A stretch of 64,000 bases of DNA from the human T2T-CHM13v2.0 reference genome, Homo sapiens. Positions 32,798 through 47,784 of this stretch are shown here, piece after piece (position 1 is the first letter of the stretch; each line of letters opens with the position of its first letter). The notes beneath the pieces were generated by a model. It ran no database searches and was not told the origin of the DNA. It saw nothing but the letters and a program-made list of their open reading frames with translations. The translations under genes were made by a program, and so were the position numbers. The stretch is from assembly GCF_009914755.1 (NCBI RefSeq), contig NC_060947.1; one strand, written 5' to 3'.

Positions 32798-33454
32798 CTC
32801 ATTGCTATCCTTCTATATATTAAATTAAAGTCAACTATAAAGTAAAGATTCTTTGCTAAATCTTGCTTTTCCAATAATTTCAGGTTACAGAACTATGATT
32901 GGGGTACTTTTCATTGGTCCTACAAATTATTTGCTGCTTGGCAAAATTGCTGCCCATGCCAGAGGCTCTGCTTATTTAGACATTAAGCCTTGGCTGGCTC
33001 CTTTACACTGCAATAGAATGGGACCAGAGTCTGCTTCCCATCTTTTTCTTTATTCATTATTATGAAATTTTCCTGAAGACTAGTCACCTTCAGTGACTCT
33101 TAACCTGAGGCCCTGGCAGTACTGCATAAGGGTTGCAATCAAGAAAGGGAGCACCAGGCTTTGGATGAAGAAACTCAAATTAAACCCAATTCTGGGCCCT
33201 GCTTCCTCCATGAAGCCTTCTCTGACTATGCTTCCCATGTTCATCTCCCTTTTCTGGCCTCCTATAACACTTGCCTCTACTGTGCAAGCTAACACTCATC
33301 GTGTCTCACCAAGTAGAGTAAAACCTTGGTTACTTGACTCTTTCTGGGAAAAGGGCTTCTAAAAATTTTTATTTCTTTTAGAGTTGCATTTTCACTGAGT
33401 ATATTTTATTAATTCTTTATTTTTTAAACATTCTTAAGCAATTATTTAAAAAAA

Positions 33455-33573
33455 ATAGAGACATGGTCTTGCTTTGTTGCTCAGACTGGTCTCAAACTCC
33501 TGGCCTCAAGCAGTCCTCACACCTTGGCCTCCTACAGTGCTGGGATTACAGTCATGAGCCACTACACCTGGCC
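33455..33573 (-). mobile_element. Alu monomer/FLAM-like, followed by an L1MA 3' fragment (~33580-33870)
   Basis: left-arm sequence only. Confidence 0.75.
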
Positions 33574-33971
33574 CTATTCATTTTTTAATAATTTTTTAAT
33601 TTTTAATGTCTTGTGGGCACATACTAGGGATATCTATTTATGGGGTACATGAGATATTTTGATATAGGCACACAATGCATAATAATCACATCATGGAGAA
33701 TGGGGTATCCATCCTCTCAAGCATTTATCCTCTGTGTTACAAACAATCCAATTATAATTTATTTTAAAATGTATAATTGAATTATTATTAACTATAGTCA
33801 CCCTGTTGTGCTATCAAATAGTAGATCTTACTCATTCTAATTTTTTTGTACCCATTAACCTCCCCACAAGGACATTTTTAATAACCAGTTTTTCCCAAAT
33901 GGCTCATGATTTGATCAATTTAAGCACTGTGAGCTTTTAACATTTTAACCATCCTGAATAGTATTTTCTAA

Positions 33972-34291
<320 letters not shown>

Positions 34292-35158
34292 CTTCCCTGA
34301 CTTCTTAAACAGTATATAGAATATAAATTTGTTTTGTGTAAGGATCATTATTGTGACTGTTACTTGTTGTATTATCCTATAATACACTGATATTCTGAGG
34401 CCTATTGAAATGTTTTTTGGTGTCTTCCCCTGTACTAAATGGTCCCCGAACATTTAGTCTGTGTATGTGTGTGTGTGGGAAACCATACTAGGTTTTTATG
34501 ATTTTTTTTTATCTCTTTTCTTGTCTTTTAGCCCTTCTTGCTTCTGTCAACCTACTTTTGTAAAATTGACTCCCCATCTCCTAGCTCTGTAGGCTTGTAG
34601 TCGATCAAGGCTTCTTCATTGGACTTGATGCCTGAAGGGAATGCTTTTCAAGGGTCCTGAGAGGTTCAGTATTTACCTTCTCTAGTCCATTTTTTTTTCT
34701 TTATCTACAATCATGTTCTAGTTTGAAGAGCTAATTTGTGGGACTAATAACTAAATCTACAGAAACAAAAACTACTGCAGACTTTGAAACCAGGTCACCC
34801 TACTTTTTCCTTCTTTCAAGCTCCTTGCACACTGCAGCGCTCTCCAATTGGAGGTTTCTTGCTGGGGATACTAGAAAGAATAGTTGGTGACAGGAAGCAT
34901 TTTAGGCAACTCTGGTGCACATCATTTCTCATCAGAGAAACAGGCTTCAGAAGGTGACACAAGAAAAGACACTGTCCATTGGGGGGCACTGGCAAGGAGT
35001 ATTTGGGGCACTGACAAGGAGTTCAGAGTGAGGAGTATTTTAAAATTTTGTTATGGGGCTCATGATGGATGGCAGAGGGTAGAAAGGGGAGAGCAGTTTT
35101 CAGGGGCAGTTATTGTGAAATTCAGAATTGGGAGTTGGGGACTATGGCACTATGCATG

Positions 35159-35512
35159 TGTATTAGTCTGTTTTCATGCTGCTGATAAAGACATACCCGA
35201 GACTGCGAAGAAAAACAGGTTTAATTGGACTTATAGTTCCACATGGCTGGGGAGGTCTCAGAATCATGGCAGGAGGCAAAAGGCACGTCTTACATGGCGG
35301 TGGCAAGAGAAAATGAGGAAGAAGCAAAAGCAGAAACCCCTGATAAACCCATCAGCTCTCATGAGACTTATTCACTATCACGAGAATAGCACGGGAAAGA
35401 CTGGCCCCCATGATTCTATTACCTCCCTCTGGGTCCCTACCACAACATGTGGGAATTCTGGGAGATACAATTCAAGTTGAGATTTAGGTGGGGACACAGC
35501 CAAACCATATCA
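35159..35512 (-). mobile_element. THE1 (ERVL-MaLR) solo LTR
   Basis: tgtattagtctgttttcatgctgctgataaagacatacc ... ggggacacagccaaaccatatca. Confidence 0.92.
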
Positions 35513-36115
35513 GTGTACCACATGGGTGTTGCAGATGCAGTTCAAAGTTCTAGATTAGGGAACTAAATCTAGAACTTTGGCTAGAGATGCATCTAAAAGT
35601 TGTAATTGCGAAAAGCAGGAAGGATGTTATTAATTGTACTTCTCTTTACATGTCTGTTTTTAGTATTTATTATAATGGCATTGTTTTGACTTCTCAGAGA
35701 TGTTAGAATTTGAGTATACTTGCTGATCCTGACTCTTTGTTGAAAGCTAGATATGTGGAACTTGAATACAAGCTTTGAAATTAAAGTACTTTTTTTATTG
35801 GCTACACCGAGGCACAAGCTCTTATTAAACGCTTAGTTTGGGGCATATTAACATTTCTTGAAAGTTTACAAAGCATTTTCATATTCATTTTCTCATTTGA
35901 TCCTCACTACGGCCCTGTGGAGAAGGTATTATCTCTATTTTATGGCTGAGGGAAAGAAATCCTAAAGAGCTTAAAAGTCTGGCCCAAAGTGACTTTGCAG
36001 TAAAAGGCAGAGCAGAAATAGAACTCAGCTCTCCTAATTCATAGGCCAGCATTCTGGTATTCCGTGGCATTCTAGTCTACTATGCCCTCTTTCAATAAGA
36101 TTTGGGGAACAAACT

Positions 36116-36493
36116 TGTTACAAAATAAACTTAGGCACATTAAAATTTTAAAGAGTTTATTTGAGCAGACAGTGATTTATAAATTGGGTAGCACCAAACC
36201 ACAAGTGGTTTTGCTCCACAGCAGGGATGTGAAGGGAAAACTTATAAGATTCTTGCAGAAATAAGACAAAGAAACTATTTGATTGGTTAAAGTGGAAAGT
36301 CCCTAGTTAGAGGTTAGTTGGTGGTTTTTAATTGGTAAAGTCTCTAGTTAGAGGTTAGTTGTTGGTTTCTAATTGGTTAAAATTAAGTGTCATTTTGCTA
36401 TTTACAGTGACTTGGGTATTGGTTGGCTCAAGTAGGAACCAAAGGCACTGGAGCCATCTCAGCCTAATGACCTCTCAATTAATTTTTTTAACA
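36116..36493 (-). mobile_element. ERV1-type solo LTR (MER31/MER67-like)
   Basis: TGTTA...TAACA ends, near-TSD aact/gact, multiple ATTGG, internal 41-bp tandem duplication. Confidence 0.6.
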
Positions 36494-36685
36494 GACTTAA
36501 TGTATTTATGTGATGAAGATCATCTAATGCTATAGTAGAAAAGAACAATTAATGAATTTATAAATTTGTAGTCAAAGCAAGTCTGTAAATATAGGTAGCA
36601 TTCTGCAGTGCTATAAATGGAAAAATCTAATAAATTAGCCTTATAGATAATATCTGAGGCCCCTAACTGCTTGCATTTAGATTTG

Positions 36686-36712
36686 ATGTGTATGTGTGCA
36701 TGTGTGCATGTA

Positions 36713-36748
<36 letters not shown>
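36686..36748. repeat. (TG)n microsatellite
   Basis: directly visible. Confidence 0.95.
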
Positions 36749-36752
<4 letters not shown>

Positions 36753-36869
36753 GAGGGGTGGGATAAATTCAGAACTATGTTTCTGCTTCTGTTAAATAAG
36801 AGATTGTGGTTAGTATAATTTTTACAGTCTATACCAGAAATAAATCTAGTATAGAGACTTACCATTTTC

Positions 36870-37380
36870 TTTTTTCTTTAATTAAGGTATTCTTACCAGC
36901 AGTAAAATGCACAAATTTTAAGTGCATAGTTCAGTGAAATTTTATGTATGTGTAAACTCCACACTGGAAAGTTATAGACATTTCTGGTCCCTCAGAAGGT
37001 TCTGTCTTGCCTCCTCCCAGGTAATACCACCTCCCAAATGTAACACCTGTTCTGACCACTGTCATCATAGATTCGTTTTGCCTGGTTTCAAACTTTATGT
37101 AAATTGAGTCATACTGTATCTACTATTTTGCATCTGGCTTCTTTTGTTTAACATGATGTCTGTGAGATTCAGTTCCTTTTCATTGCTATGTAGCATTCCA
37201 AAGTATGGTACACCACAAATTTTTTAATCCATTTCCCTGTTGATGGACATTTGGGTTGTTTCTAGGTTTTTAAAATCATGAATAGAAGTTGCTATGGACA
37301 TCTTTGATCATATCTCTTGGTGAACATAAGCACTCATTTTTATTGGATATAAATCTAGGAGTAGACTCACTAGAGTAGGT
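36870..37380 (-). mobile_element. L1ME-type 3' fragment
   Basis: aaaatgcacaaattttaagtgcatagttcagtg ... gatggacatttgggttgtttc. Confidence 0.7.
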
Positions 37381-38299
37381 ATGATAAAAAAAAGTTTTAA
37401 CTTAGAAAAGTCTTAATGAAGGAACTGATGGCTAACCATCTTATAAGAAAACCCACTTTATGAAGAGCCACTATTAGAGATTAAAAATGGGTTCGTATTT
37501 TGTTTAGCAGGACATATTCCCTGTCAGACATTAGAGACTATTTTTGCTTCACACAGTGGGCTGGGTCTTTCACACTTGTGAGTAGATATTTATTTTCCTG
37601 GTGTCTGCTACATACGGTGCACATCAGGGATGAGGAGCCCTTTAATTGCAAGCTGTATCTTTTTTGGATGGGGTCAAATTGTCTTTTCTTGGGCGATGTG
37701 GCTCAAATGATCATAAAATAACATTGGAAAATCAAGTTCACATTACAGAAATGTGCCTTAGGATTAATTTGGAATACATCTTTTGTTTTGAAAGTGAAGG
37801 TACGTGTGTAATTTTATGTAATCCCAAAACTTAACTCTGGCAGTATACTTTTACATTACTTCTAAGGTAAAGAATTTTTAAACATCATATGTCTGCTGGC
37901 AACATTTACTAATGAGGTGCGATGTTGAAAGGGTATGGGGAAAATTCCTGTGGTATGGGAAGAGGGTGAGGTGGTTGTAAACTGAGGAGAAAACTGGGAA
38001 GGTGCTCCAAAGAGTACTGTTTCTGGAAAAGACTCTGTACTTCTCCCCCGGTGTTGTAACACTTCACATGCTGTGAGACAGGGAACCTCCATCCTCCTCA
38101 ACAGAGAGAATCACTTCCGGTCTTTGTTTTTTTTAACAGAATTTAATTTGATGATGAATGTTCAAAGAGCTAGGATTTGCTTTCTAGGTGACTACTTGGT
38201 GCACCACTTCTATTCTGCAAATTGCAGGATACCCAGACTGGATTTTGGGTGTATCCGAAACCCTTTAGGGGCCCCATGAAGTCTGGCTTAAGTCCAGAA

Positions 38300-39345
38300 T
38301 TCTGACCAAGGCTGCCAAGGCCAGCATCTCCTGGCTCCACCTTCCTCTCCAGCCTCAACCCTTGCCAGTCCCCGTACAGCATCACTAATTCCACAGTCTC
38401 TTAGCCTTCTGCATTTGGTACAAGCTTTCTTTGTCTGGAATGTCCTTTCCCTGATGAATTTGCTTAACTCTCACTCATTTTCTAAGGTCGAGTGCTGCCA
38501 TCAGCTTTCTTTCCACAGCCTCCTTTATGCCTCGGATTGACTTAGATGTCCCTCTTCTATTCTTCCTTAGCCTCCTATACAGATACTCATCACATACTGC
38601 ATCAAAATTAACTCTTCCTTCTCTTTCTTCCCATTAGACTCAGAATTACTAAGATATGTTGCTACTGCTAAGGCCTAGCACAGTACTGGTTACATGGTAG
38701 GTACTCAGTAAAGGATTGTTAAATTGACATTTGGATGGACATATAAACCAGCTTTTAGGCTTTTTTTTTTTCTGTACCCATCCATTCAACAAACGTTAAA
38801 CCTTAGGAGAGGACTTATTGCAAGGCACTATGACCAGAGCTGTAGGGGATAGAGAGATGAACATTACATGGACTGAGACTTTAAGGAGTTCATTTCAATA
38901 GCAGAGAGATAACATGTCCACAAATAACAATAATCTAAAGTAGAAAGTGCTCAGTGTCATAAAGGAGGTATAAATTAAGGACTGTGGATGTTTAGAAGAA
39001 GGAGCAAGTACTCCTTGTTGGGAAAACTGAAGAAGAATGATTCATCAAGAAAGGAGCATTTGAGGTGGGATTTAAGGGCAAGTAGAACATGAATGAGCAA
39101 AGATAGAATCTCCTCCGTATCATGTGTTTTATTTTGACTGAAAAGAGTAGATATTATGAAGGAGTAATGAGTAATGGGAAACAACTGGAAATTTACGAAG
39201 TGGGCCTTATTAGAGAGGGCTTTAAGTGCCACGTTGATGAGTTTATATTTGATTCCTGTCAGGTGGAACAGTCTTGGAAGCCCATGGAAGATGTTTAGCA
39301 TTTTATTGTCAACAGCAGAGAGATCCTGTAACATTAGTCTGGCAA
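38300..39345. mobile_element. Two L2 fragments in opposite orientation
   Basis: cctagcacagtactggttacatggtaggtactcagtaaa end motif and cattcaacaaac...aggcacta motif. Confidence 0.55.
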
Positions 39346-42300
39346 TGGCATATCTTAGTAAATCATTATTAACTAATTAATTGCTAAGCCTATAGTTTTG
39401 CTAAGTAGTGTGGAAAAACCCTAAGGCCTTTAGCTCTTTTACATTTTTGCACCTGTCTTTTCTCACTGGAAATCTAGATGAGGTAACAGATTATATGACC
39501 AATTAGTTCTGAAAAATGAAAATAGAAATTGACAGGGGAAAGAAACACTACCAAGACAGAAGTGCCTCATAATAATGTATAGACATATAAAGTGTTGTTT
39601 GCTTAGGAACCGTGTCCAAAACATTGCTTTCAGCTGTCTGGAAAAATCCAGACACAGTATGTGAATTATATTGTTAATATTTATTCCTCTGGGAGTAGTT
39701 TAGATCACTTTCAGTTAAACATAACTATAATGTTCTAACCTCAGACTGTCTGCTCTTATTGTCCCTTATAAACAGTGGGTATTGCATTGTCAGTTTGTTT
39801 TATAGTGTGTTATATAACCAGAGCATCTGGTTTCTTGCTGCCTTAGGCCGGGCCTTCAACACTTTATGCCTGGATTGTTGCAACGACTTTCTCATTGGTC
39901 TCCTTATCTCCTGTGCTTAGAATCCAGCTTTTTTTTTCATAACAGCAATGTATAGTGGGAAGAATACTGGATGAAGAGTAATATTAACTGGGTTTGAATC
40001 TTGATTATACTGCTCACTAGCTATATGATCTTGGGCAAGTCATATCACCTCTCTGAGACTCAGTTCCCTCAACTCTAAAATGGAGGTAATGGTCCCTGCC
40101 CTGTCCCTCTCAAGGGGCTGTCACCAGAATCATGTGAAAGTGCTCTGAAAACTGTCAATAGCTTTACCAAGAGTTGGACTCCACTGGCTGGCTTTATACC
40201 TTCCAGAATCTAGTCCCATGCCACCTCTTTCATCTCATTTGTCAATATCCCCCAGAACCTACCCCACTCTCCAATGCATGTAAATGTATGGTGCTGTCAT
40301 CTGGAATATTCTCTCCTCTTGTCTCTGCTCACCCAAATTCAAGGAATAATTTAAAGACCAGTCCAAATTCTACTCGCTCCTTAAAATCTTCCCTGATGAC
40401 TCCAGTGCTCAATTTCCTCCTTTTGTGCATTTTGACAGCACTTAGTTATTATTAACACTTGTCTGTACATTACCCTTTATTATTAACTCTTTTACATAAG
40501 GTTCCTATCTTTAATTCGATTATGATATTATGATGCCTTCACTGGTTCATTTAACATCCAGTGAATGTTTATGAGGATGCTTCCTTTGTATTCCTCATAG
40601 AACCAAGTTTGGAACTTAATAAATAATTGTTGGTTCATTTATTTAGAAGTTCACATACAGACTCTCTTAAGAGAGACAAGTGAACACATCTTCTCTTCCT
40701 AGGGCTCGGGGTATTCCTCCTAACACCCCATCCTGCCTCCACGTACTACAGAACCATAAAAAACTCCTTATAATAAAACTGTCCAGTAAATTTTTCTGAG
40801 ATTCTGAAACTGTTCTGTATCTGTGCTATCCAATACGGTAACCACCAACCACACATGGCTATTGAGTGCTTGAAATGTGGCTAGTGTGACTGAGGAACTG
40901 CATTTTTGTCTTTAATTTTAATTAAACAGCTGCATGTGACTAGTGGCTACTGTATTGGACAGTGTAGGTGTGGACCGGTGGCTTTCTAACTTTTTTTTTT
41001 ATCATAACAACACAATGAGAAATACATTTTACATTGCAACGTGGTTTTTATACACACAAACAAGTTTCATGAAACAATACTTCTTATCTGCAGTATACTG
41101 ATCTTTTCTATTCTATTCAATTTCATTTTTTAAAAATGCTGATTGCAACCCCCTATATAGATTTCACCACCCACTGATAAATTAGGATGTGCTGTTTGAA
41201 AACACACTGCTCATTTTATAGATGGAGAATCTGAGGTCCAGAGAAGTGCAGTAGATTTTCTAAGGTCATATATTAAGTGGCAGGGCAGGACTAGAACACA
41301 AATTTTGGGGCTCCTAGAATAGAGCTATTTCTAACAGGGATGTAGGAATTTCCTCCTTTTCCCTTTCCTTTTCCTCCTTCTCCTCACCATGCTGGATATT
41401 AAAGAAAAATAAGTCGACACACTATTCATTTTGATTAAATATTTTCATGGTGTCTTGATTCCTAAATGAGCCATGAGCTCAGTATTTGAGTATTGTTGCT
41501 TTTTAGTTTGGTTATTGTCCAAAATCAAAGATACAGTACCATGGAAGCTTTCTTTTAACCCACTGCATGGCTTGGCAGCGGCACTAATGTGAAACTGTCC
41601 TCCTTGGGAATTCAATCATGCTTTCCTCCAATTTCCCAGTAACAACTGACCAGCAGGTTGATTCTAAACAACAAAACCTGTTGAAGAATCAAGGTGATTC
41701 TCACCTCAGTTTGTGAAAAAGGTGCCTCTAGTCTTGAATTATATTGCCAACCAAATATTTTTCTTCATCAGTACATCCAGTGTGCTACCCTTTTTGTATG
41801 CCTTATCAACAAAAACGATAGCCTTTACAAAGGCGGCATCCTCTGAGCAGCACCTTGTTATCACAGAGGCATCTAGACTCTCCTTTCAAAGCTAGTCTTT
41901 TTATCCTTCTGGAAATGGCATCTATCAAAAAAGAGCAGAGCTATCTTAGCAAAGGCAAAAAGAGGCAGCAATTCAGAGGTGCAGTGGTCTATGTGTTAGT
42001 ACATTCCTGACCAGTTTGTGTATGGAATCTCATTTCCCCATAGACGTTTCCAAATGCATTTCACTCAGCAGACAGCAGGCAGCAATTTATCCCTAAGTGA
42101 AAACAACAAGAAAAATACACTTAAAAAGGGAATAAGATTTTCAAAAGCCTCACTTTAAAGGAAACACAGAAATAGCCCAATTTTGCATTACATTTGTCAG
42201 TGGGATTACCATTATGTCAGTAGGATGAATTAACTGAAATCTGTAAGAAATGTCATATTTTCTGGGGCCAAATTATCTATGGCCTGATTAATTTTTCTAG

Positions 42301-43883
42301 CTGAAAACCAGAGTCTTATAGCTTAACAATTGTCCCTTGCTAACCAGACTGGTTACTTTGCTGACTTGCCCTGAAATTTATCAGGTGTAGCCTCCTCTGC
42401 TCCACCACTGCTAACACCAGTCAGTTAAATAGAATCCCATAAAGTCCTCTCTAGCTGAAGGATAACTCTTTGGTTAAGATTCTCTAATGTAAGTTTGAAA
42501 ATTTCACTGTTGTCTTAGGAAGTCAAAGTTTATACCAGTCTGTAGAGAAATCATTCATGTCTTTTGCATTATTTGACAACCTAGCATTGCTAGGATGTGA
42601 CTTGCTGAGTAAATTCAAGAAAACTTGCTGTTTTGATTGTGAAAATCCACTTGAAATGCTAAGAATTTTTGCCCAATCTTCTGTTTTCTAAGTTCTTGGT
42701 TGTCAGAAAAGCAGGTCACAGGGTGGAAGACAAATGAAGATGGGGCAAGGCCTGTGCACAGGTGAGCAGAAGCTGGGGACTAACAGGGGAGTAAGTGAAC
42801 CCAGGAGGAAGGGGATGAAAGCATGTTGCAGGCTGGGCCAGAGCCTTGGTCTTCTGGCTGTCTTCCTGCTTTCCCAGGCCCTGCTAATTAACCTGCCATC
42901 TATCATGCCTGTTTTCAAAAGCCCTGTGCAGGTTGACTTTCCCTTCACTGTTTTTTAAACCCCTGTCCACAAATCCACTGAGTCCAACAGATTCTGGCTA
43001 GACCAAGCTTATTATCTCCCTACCCACCCCCATGGTTTTCTGCCACCGTTTCATCACCAACACTTGAAAACTACAAGTTATTTTTGACTCTCTCTCACTC
43101 TCCCCTGCCCCACCCTACACTCAGTTGCTTGCCAAGCCCTTTCGGTGTTCCCTCAATCAGGAATTCCCTCCCGTCCCCCTTACCACTTATATCTTATTTC
43201 CATTAAGGCTCAGCTCTGATGCCACCTTTTCTAGGTTGTAGAAAGCCTATTCACCCCCAGTTGGAATTAATTACTGTATTTATTTCCTTTTCTTTCCCTG
43301 TCTTCCACATCACTTTCCTTTCACTTATTGCACTTCTGTTAGTTGTTTCCAGACCTAGCCTCTCCACTAAAAAGCTTTTGGAAGGTGGAGACTGTATCTC
43401 ACTGATGTTTTACCCTCTATACTTAACACATAGTAGGTATACTCTATAAAGTTTATGGAATGAAATATGAATGAATATTCAGCTGTTACCCTACCTATCC
43501 CCTGTGGATGTTGTCCCAAGTTCTTTAAGATGTGATTTGATGTATGCATTGCTGAGAAGGCTGTTTTAGCACCAGCAGTGTCCTGGCATGCTGTTAGAAT
43601 TGAAAGACCTATAAGGAGGTTATCCTATATCTCAGACCCCTCCTGGCCCTGAGATTCTATGGCCTTTTAATTTCACTTTAGAGAGTTTGTGGTGCTTCTT
43701 TCTTTAGCACAAGCTCCACAGAATCTAAGATGAATTGACTGAAATTCATGTCATGAGGTATAAGTGTTTTTGTTAAGCCCTGTCAGAAAATTTGTTTTTC
43801 AAAGTGATTTTCTCATTTACTTGCAATTTTCCAAATAACCCTTAGAAATGTAGTCAATTGCCGGAAGCCATATTATTAAAGTA

Positions 43884-44745
43884 AGACATTGGCAAAAATG
43901 GCAGAGTAAGTACCTCTGAAAATTCTCTCCATAATAGCAATGAAAAAACTGGCAGAAATAGCATCAAATTTTTCAGAACTCTAGAACTAAAGGCTTGCAG
44001 CAATCCAGGGAACATTTACTCAAGAAAAATGGCTGCATGTTGATAAGACCAGTGAGCTTTGTGGCATTAGTATTTTCATTCACCCTATTCCCATCCCTTT
44101 CTCCCTGGCTTCAAAATCAATAGCCTTCACTCACAGGGAAAACCAGCAGCCTGGCAGCCACCAGAGGAGACAGAATAGGGTTGGGACTCCTTTACAGCCT
44201 CATTTCTAGAGAATTGTCATTATTCGATCTGTCTGGAGTTCCCCCAGAAGACCCCCCACTTGTAAGACTTTATTTATTTGGCCTGACACAGAGCTACAGA
44301 AAGCCTTTTCCCCAGGGCCTTTCTTTTGGAAAATGATTAGAGGCAGTCAATTAACTTCTCAGCTGCCTGAAGCAATGGATAACATTTCCAGCTAACCACA
44401 AAGCTTTGAAGAAAAAGCTGGGGAATGAGATTCCTTGGGGCTTTGGAAAGCTTGGGCATATTCCTGGGAATCTACAAGATTACACGCATGCATAGGGCTG
44501 TGCACATGCTCCGGAAAGACCTCAATAGGTCCTAAGCTCTCACTCTGGCTGATCTTGAGCTTGGCATAAGCAGAAAGTGAAGACAAAGGCAGAAGACATT
44601 GTGTGGCTGAGTGTTGAAGACATGCCCCAACATGTACACAGAGTCCCTTGGCCAAAACTGGGAGGCTTTTTGTTTCCAGGAATTTAAGGAAATCTTTGTC
44701 TAATTATGAGCTGGCCACTAAACTAACCCAGCAGAGACTTCAGTA
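43884..44745 (+). mobile_element. Old L1M 5'-end (5' UTR) fragment
   Basis: ggcaaaaatggcagagtaag start resembles L1M 5' ends (YY1-like AAAATGGC). Confidence 0.55.
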
Positions 44746-45995
44746 CAATAATTATTATTAAAGTACAGTGGAACAGGGTGAAGCCTGTTGTCCCTGAGAC
44801 CTTGTAGAAACTAATTCTTGGTCCACCAAGTTATAGATTTGTAGCTCTGCCTGTATAGTCCCTATCTCTTTAAACAGACAGAAAAGGCAGGGAACTCATA
44901 TCAGCCTGATATCTGGTTTGTTTATTTTTAAAGGCAAGACAAAGGTAGTTTGTGAAAAATTTAAAACAAAAAGCATTGCTGTTAATCAGAAGTAATTGTA
45001 TTGGAAATGATATTTTACTTCTGTACCTCATCCACTTCCCAGATTGCTTTTTCATATGAGTTCTCCCTATGTAGGACCTGTTCCTCTTTCCTCCCTAGAC
45101 CCCCATGTACATAATCTTCCCATCTCACTGCTTCTTGCTTCTGTTAATTTCATTTTCTGTTCTTTCATTTGTTCTATACATGTAGCCTCGATTCAAGGAT
45201 GGCTGTGGCCTCACATACTGCATTCGGGGTGTCTATCTTTTAAGAGAAGAATCAAGAAGAATAGAGACTGTAATGACCTTCTTGCTGGCCTAGCTAGGCC
45301 TGAGAGGGGGTGAAGTGCAAGAGTAAAATTCTTTGGCTGCCATTTTGATCAGAGCCATCCCAAATGAAGCAAGGCAGTTGTCACAAGCTTTAAAGGGCTT
45401 TACTAATTTGACGAGATAACTGGCCAGTGACTCACTGAGACAGGGTTGGCAATAGAGAAATGGTATTTCTTTGGCCAGTACTAAAAAAAGACCCAAGGCT
45501 TATATGCATACATGCTGTACATTCATCCAATGCCATCCATCCTCACCCCTACCAAGGCAATGCCAGAGAGGTTGCCCTTTTCCTACAGTCTACTCAAGTT
45601 ACTTATTTTCTGATTTTCTTTCTCTTTTTAGGCTACACTATATGTTCATTTAAACCTGATTTCTTCTGCCTGTGAGGGGTAGAGGGTAGGGTGGGGAGGT
45701 GCACAGTGTGATTTGCCCTGCCTCAGTCCACCACCTCCTGGGGATGGCCTGACCTGGATAATCATTTTTAGCCTGGTATTTCCTGGGCATGGGCCAGGGG
45801 CTGAGGCCAGCAGCAGAGAGGCTAAGATGGCACAGGCTCCCTGTCAGATTTGGTAGTGATGAATTTTCACTGGGGAACAAAATGGCTGTTTCTAACTTCT
45901 TTAGATTTGAAACACTGCAGAGACTATCATCTTAATAATTAAAATATATTGAGGAGAAGGGCTACTTAAATCCTTGAATGACTGGAATTCTGTAA

Positions 45996-46385
<390 letters not shown>

Positions 46386-46774
46386 TAGGAGCATTTATTT
46401 CTATGAAAACAACATGCCCTGGCCTTAGAAAACAAAAAATAAAATAAAACAATTTATCCTTTCAAGGGATTTCTTTTAGAGAATCTCTGCAGCTACTTGT
46501 AGTTGTACAAATGGCCCCCTACTTTCTCTGTGTTCCCTTCCTCACAGGGGCTGAGGAGCCCCCATGAGTTGAGAGGTGTATGTTGAATATCTTAGCTTTG
46601 AACTTGAAATATATTTTCTCATAGATATAGCACCATAAACTGTGAAATAAACTATCAATTTAAATTTTCTAGTTACAGATTAAAATAGGTTTTGTGGACT
46701 AGCTTGGAAATATATTTACTGTTTATAATATAATTTCTCTCAGAAAATTATTATTATTTATTTATTTATTTAAA

Positions 46775-47062
46775 GAGATGGGGGTTGGCACTGAAAGTTC
46801 CAAGCTTCTGATCATGGCTTAGTCTTTCTGGTAACCAGCCTCCATCCAGAAGCCCACCAAGAGATACTTCATTAGAACGGAAGATGCTCTTATCACCCAG
46901 GAAATTCACTAGGAGCTCTATGTCAGGAACCAGGGAGAAAGGCCAAATTTCAGAAGAAAAGATGCACGTAGCATCCCTGTCACTCACCATAACAAAGGTT
47001 TTAGGAGCTCTGTGCCAGAAAACAGTGATAGAAACTAAATATATATTTCTTATTATATCTTA
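46775..47062. mobile_element. MER21-like LTR fragment (same family as 3015-3826)
   Basis: shares ctgaaagttc...atcatggctt...tatcacccaggaaatt...ttaggagctctgtg...tatttcttattat. Confidence 0.65.
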
Positions 47063-47673
47063 ATAGTCATCTGTGAATTCCAAGAACAAGTTATGTTTAC
47101 TGTTAACTTCAAGATCCTTCTTTGCAGAAGCCATATGTGAATAAAATGGCAAATAAAAATACTGTGAAAACATCTGGCCTTTCAGCTAAAATATTACCAT
47201 ATACACAGGTGTACAAACATTCAGGCTTGTCACAGCACCTTCCAAGCCACTGGCCACTAGAAACCTCACAATACAAACCTCATGATATTCCCTGTGACAT
47301 GGGCAGGAGTTAGGTATGCAGGTATTGTATCACCTCAACACACTCAGAGTAGGGGAAGCTCGATAATTGGCTATTTACAAAGAAGGCCCCATGGTATAAA
47401 ATGTTTTGAAGTAACTGTGGCCAAATGATTGTTTAGAGATGGTGTTAAATGGGACCTTGAGAAAGGGAAGGTCAAAAGAGATGGTCAAGAGGAAATCCTT
47501 CAACTAAAGGATTTAGAGGTCTTGTGAGTGTGTTTGTTCCTCAAGGAAAAGGAATTGTTTCCATTAGATTCAAGCTGCTGACCTTTCACCTTCAGGGTAA
47601 AGGTAATAATCAGTCAACCACAAAGATAAGCCCCTTCTATTAAATTTTACTTGTTTCTTTCCTTTTCTTTCAG

Positions 47674-47784
47674 TTTTATCCAAGTATGAAGATCAGATTA
47701 CTATTTTCACTGACTACCTAGAAGAATATCCAGATACAGATGAGCTGGTATGGATCTTAGGGAAGCAGCATCTCCTTAAAACAG
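47674..47784 (+). CDS. ATG4A: ATG4A exon 2
   Basis: long pyrimidine tract + cag|TTTTATCC ... ACAG|GTAAGA; 111 nt; LSKYEDQITIFTDYLEEYPDTDELVWILGKQHLLKT. Confidence 0.96.

Noticed and set aside
34884-35480. 198-aa + strand ORF
   Set aside because: Non-ATG start; the second half is the antisense THE1 LTR
36296-36377. Direct repeats as a CRISPR-like array
   Set aside because: Two adjacent units, no spacers, inside an LTR in mammalian DNA
45290-45496. 68-aa Cys-containing ORF in unique-looking sequence
   Set aside because: No recognisable family and no splice-site support
46520-46582. Strong acceptor-like tract (ttcccttcctcacag) upstream of ATG4A exon 2
   Set aside because: Only a weak partner donor (AG|GTGTAT); not enough to call an exon
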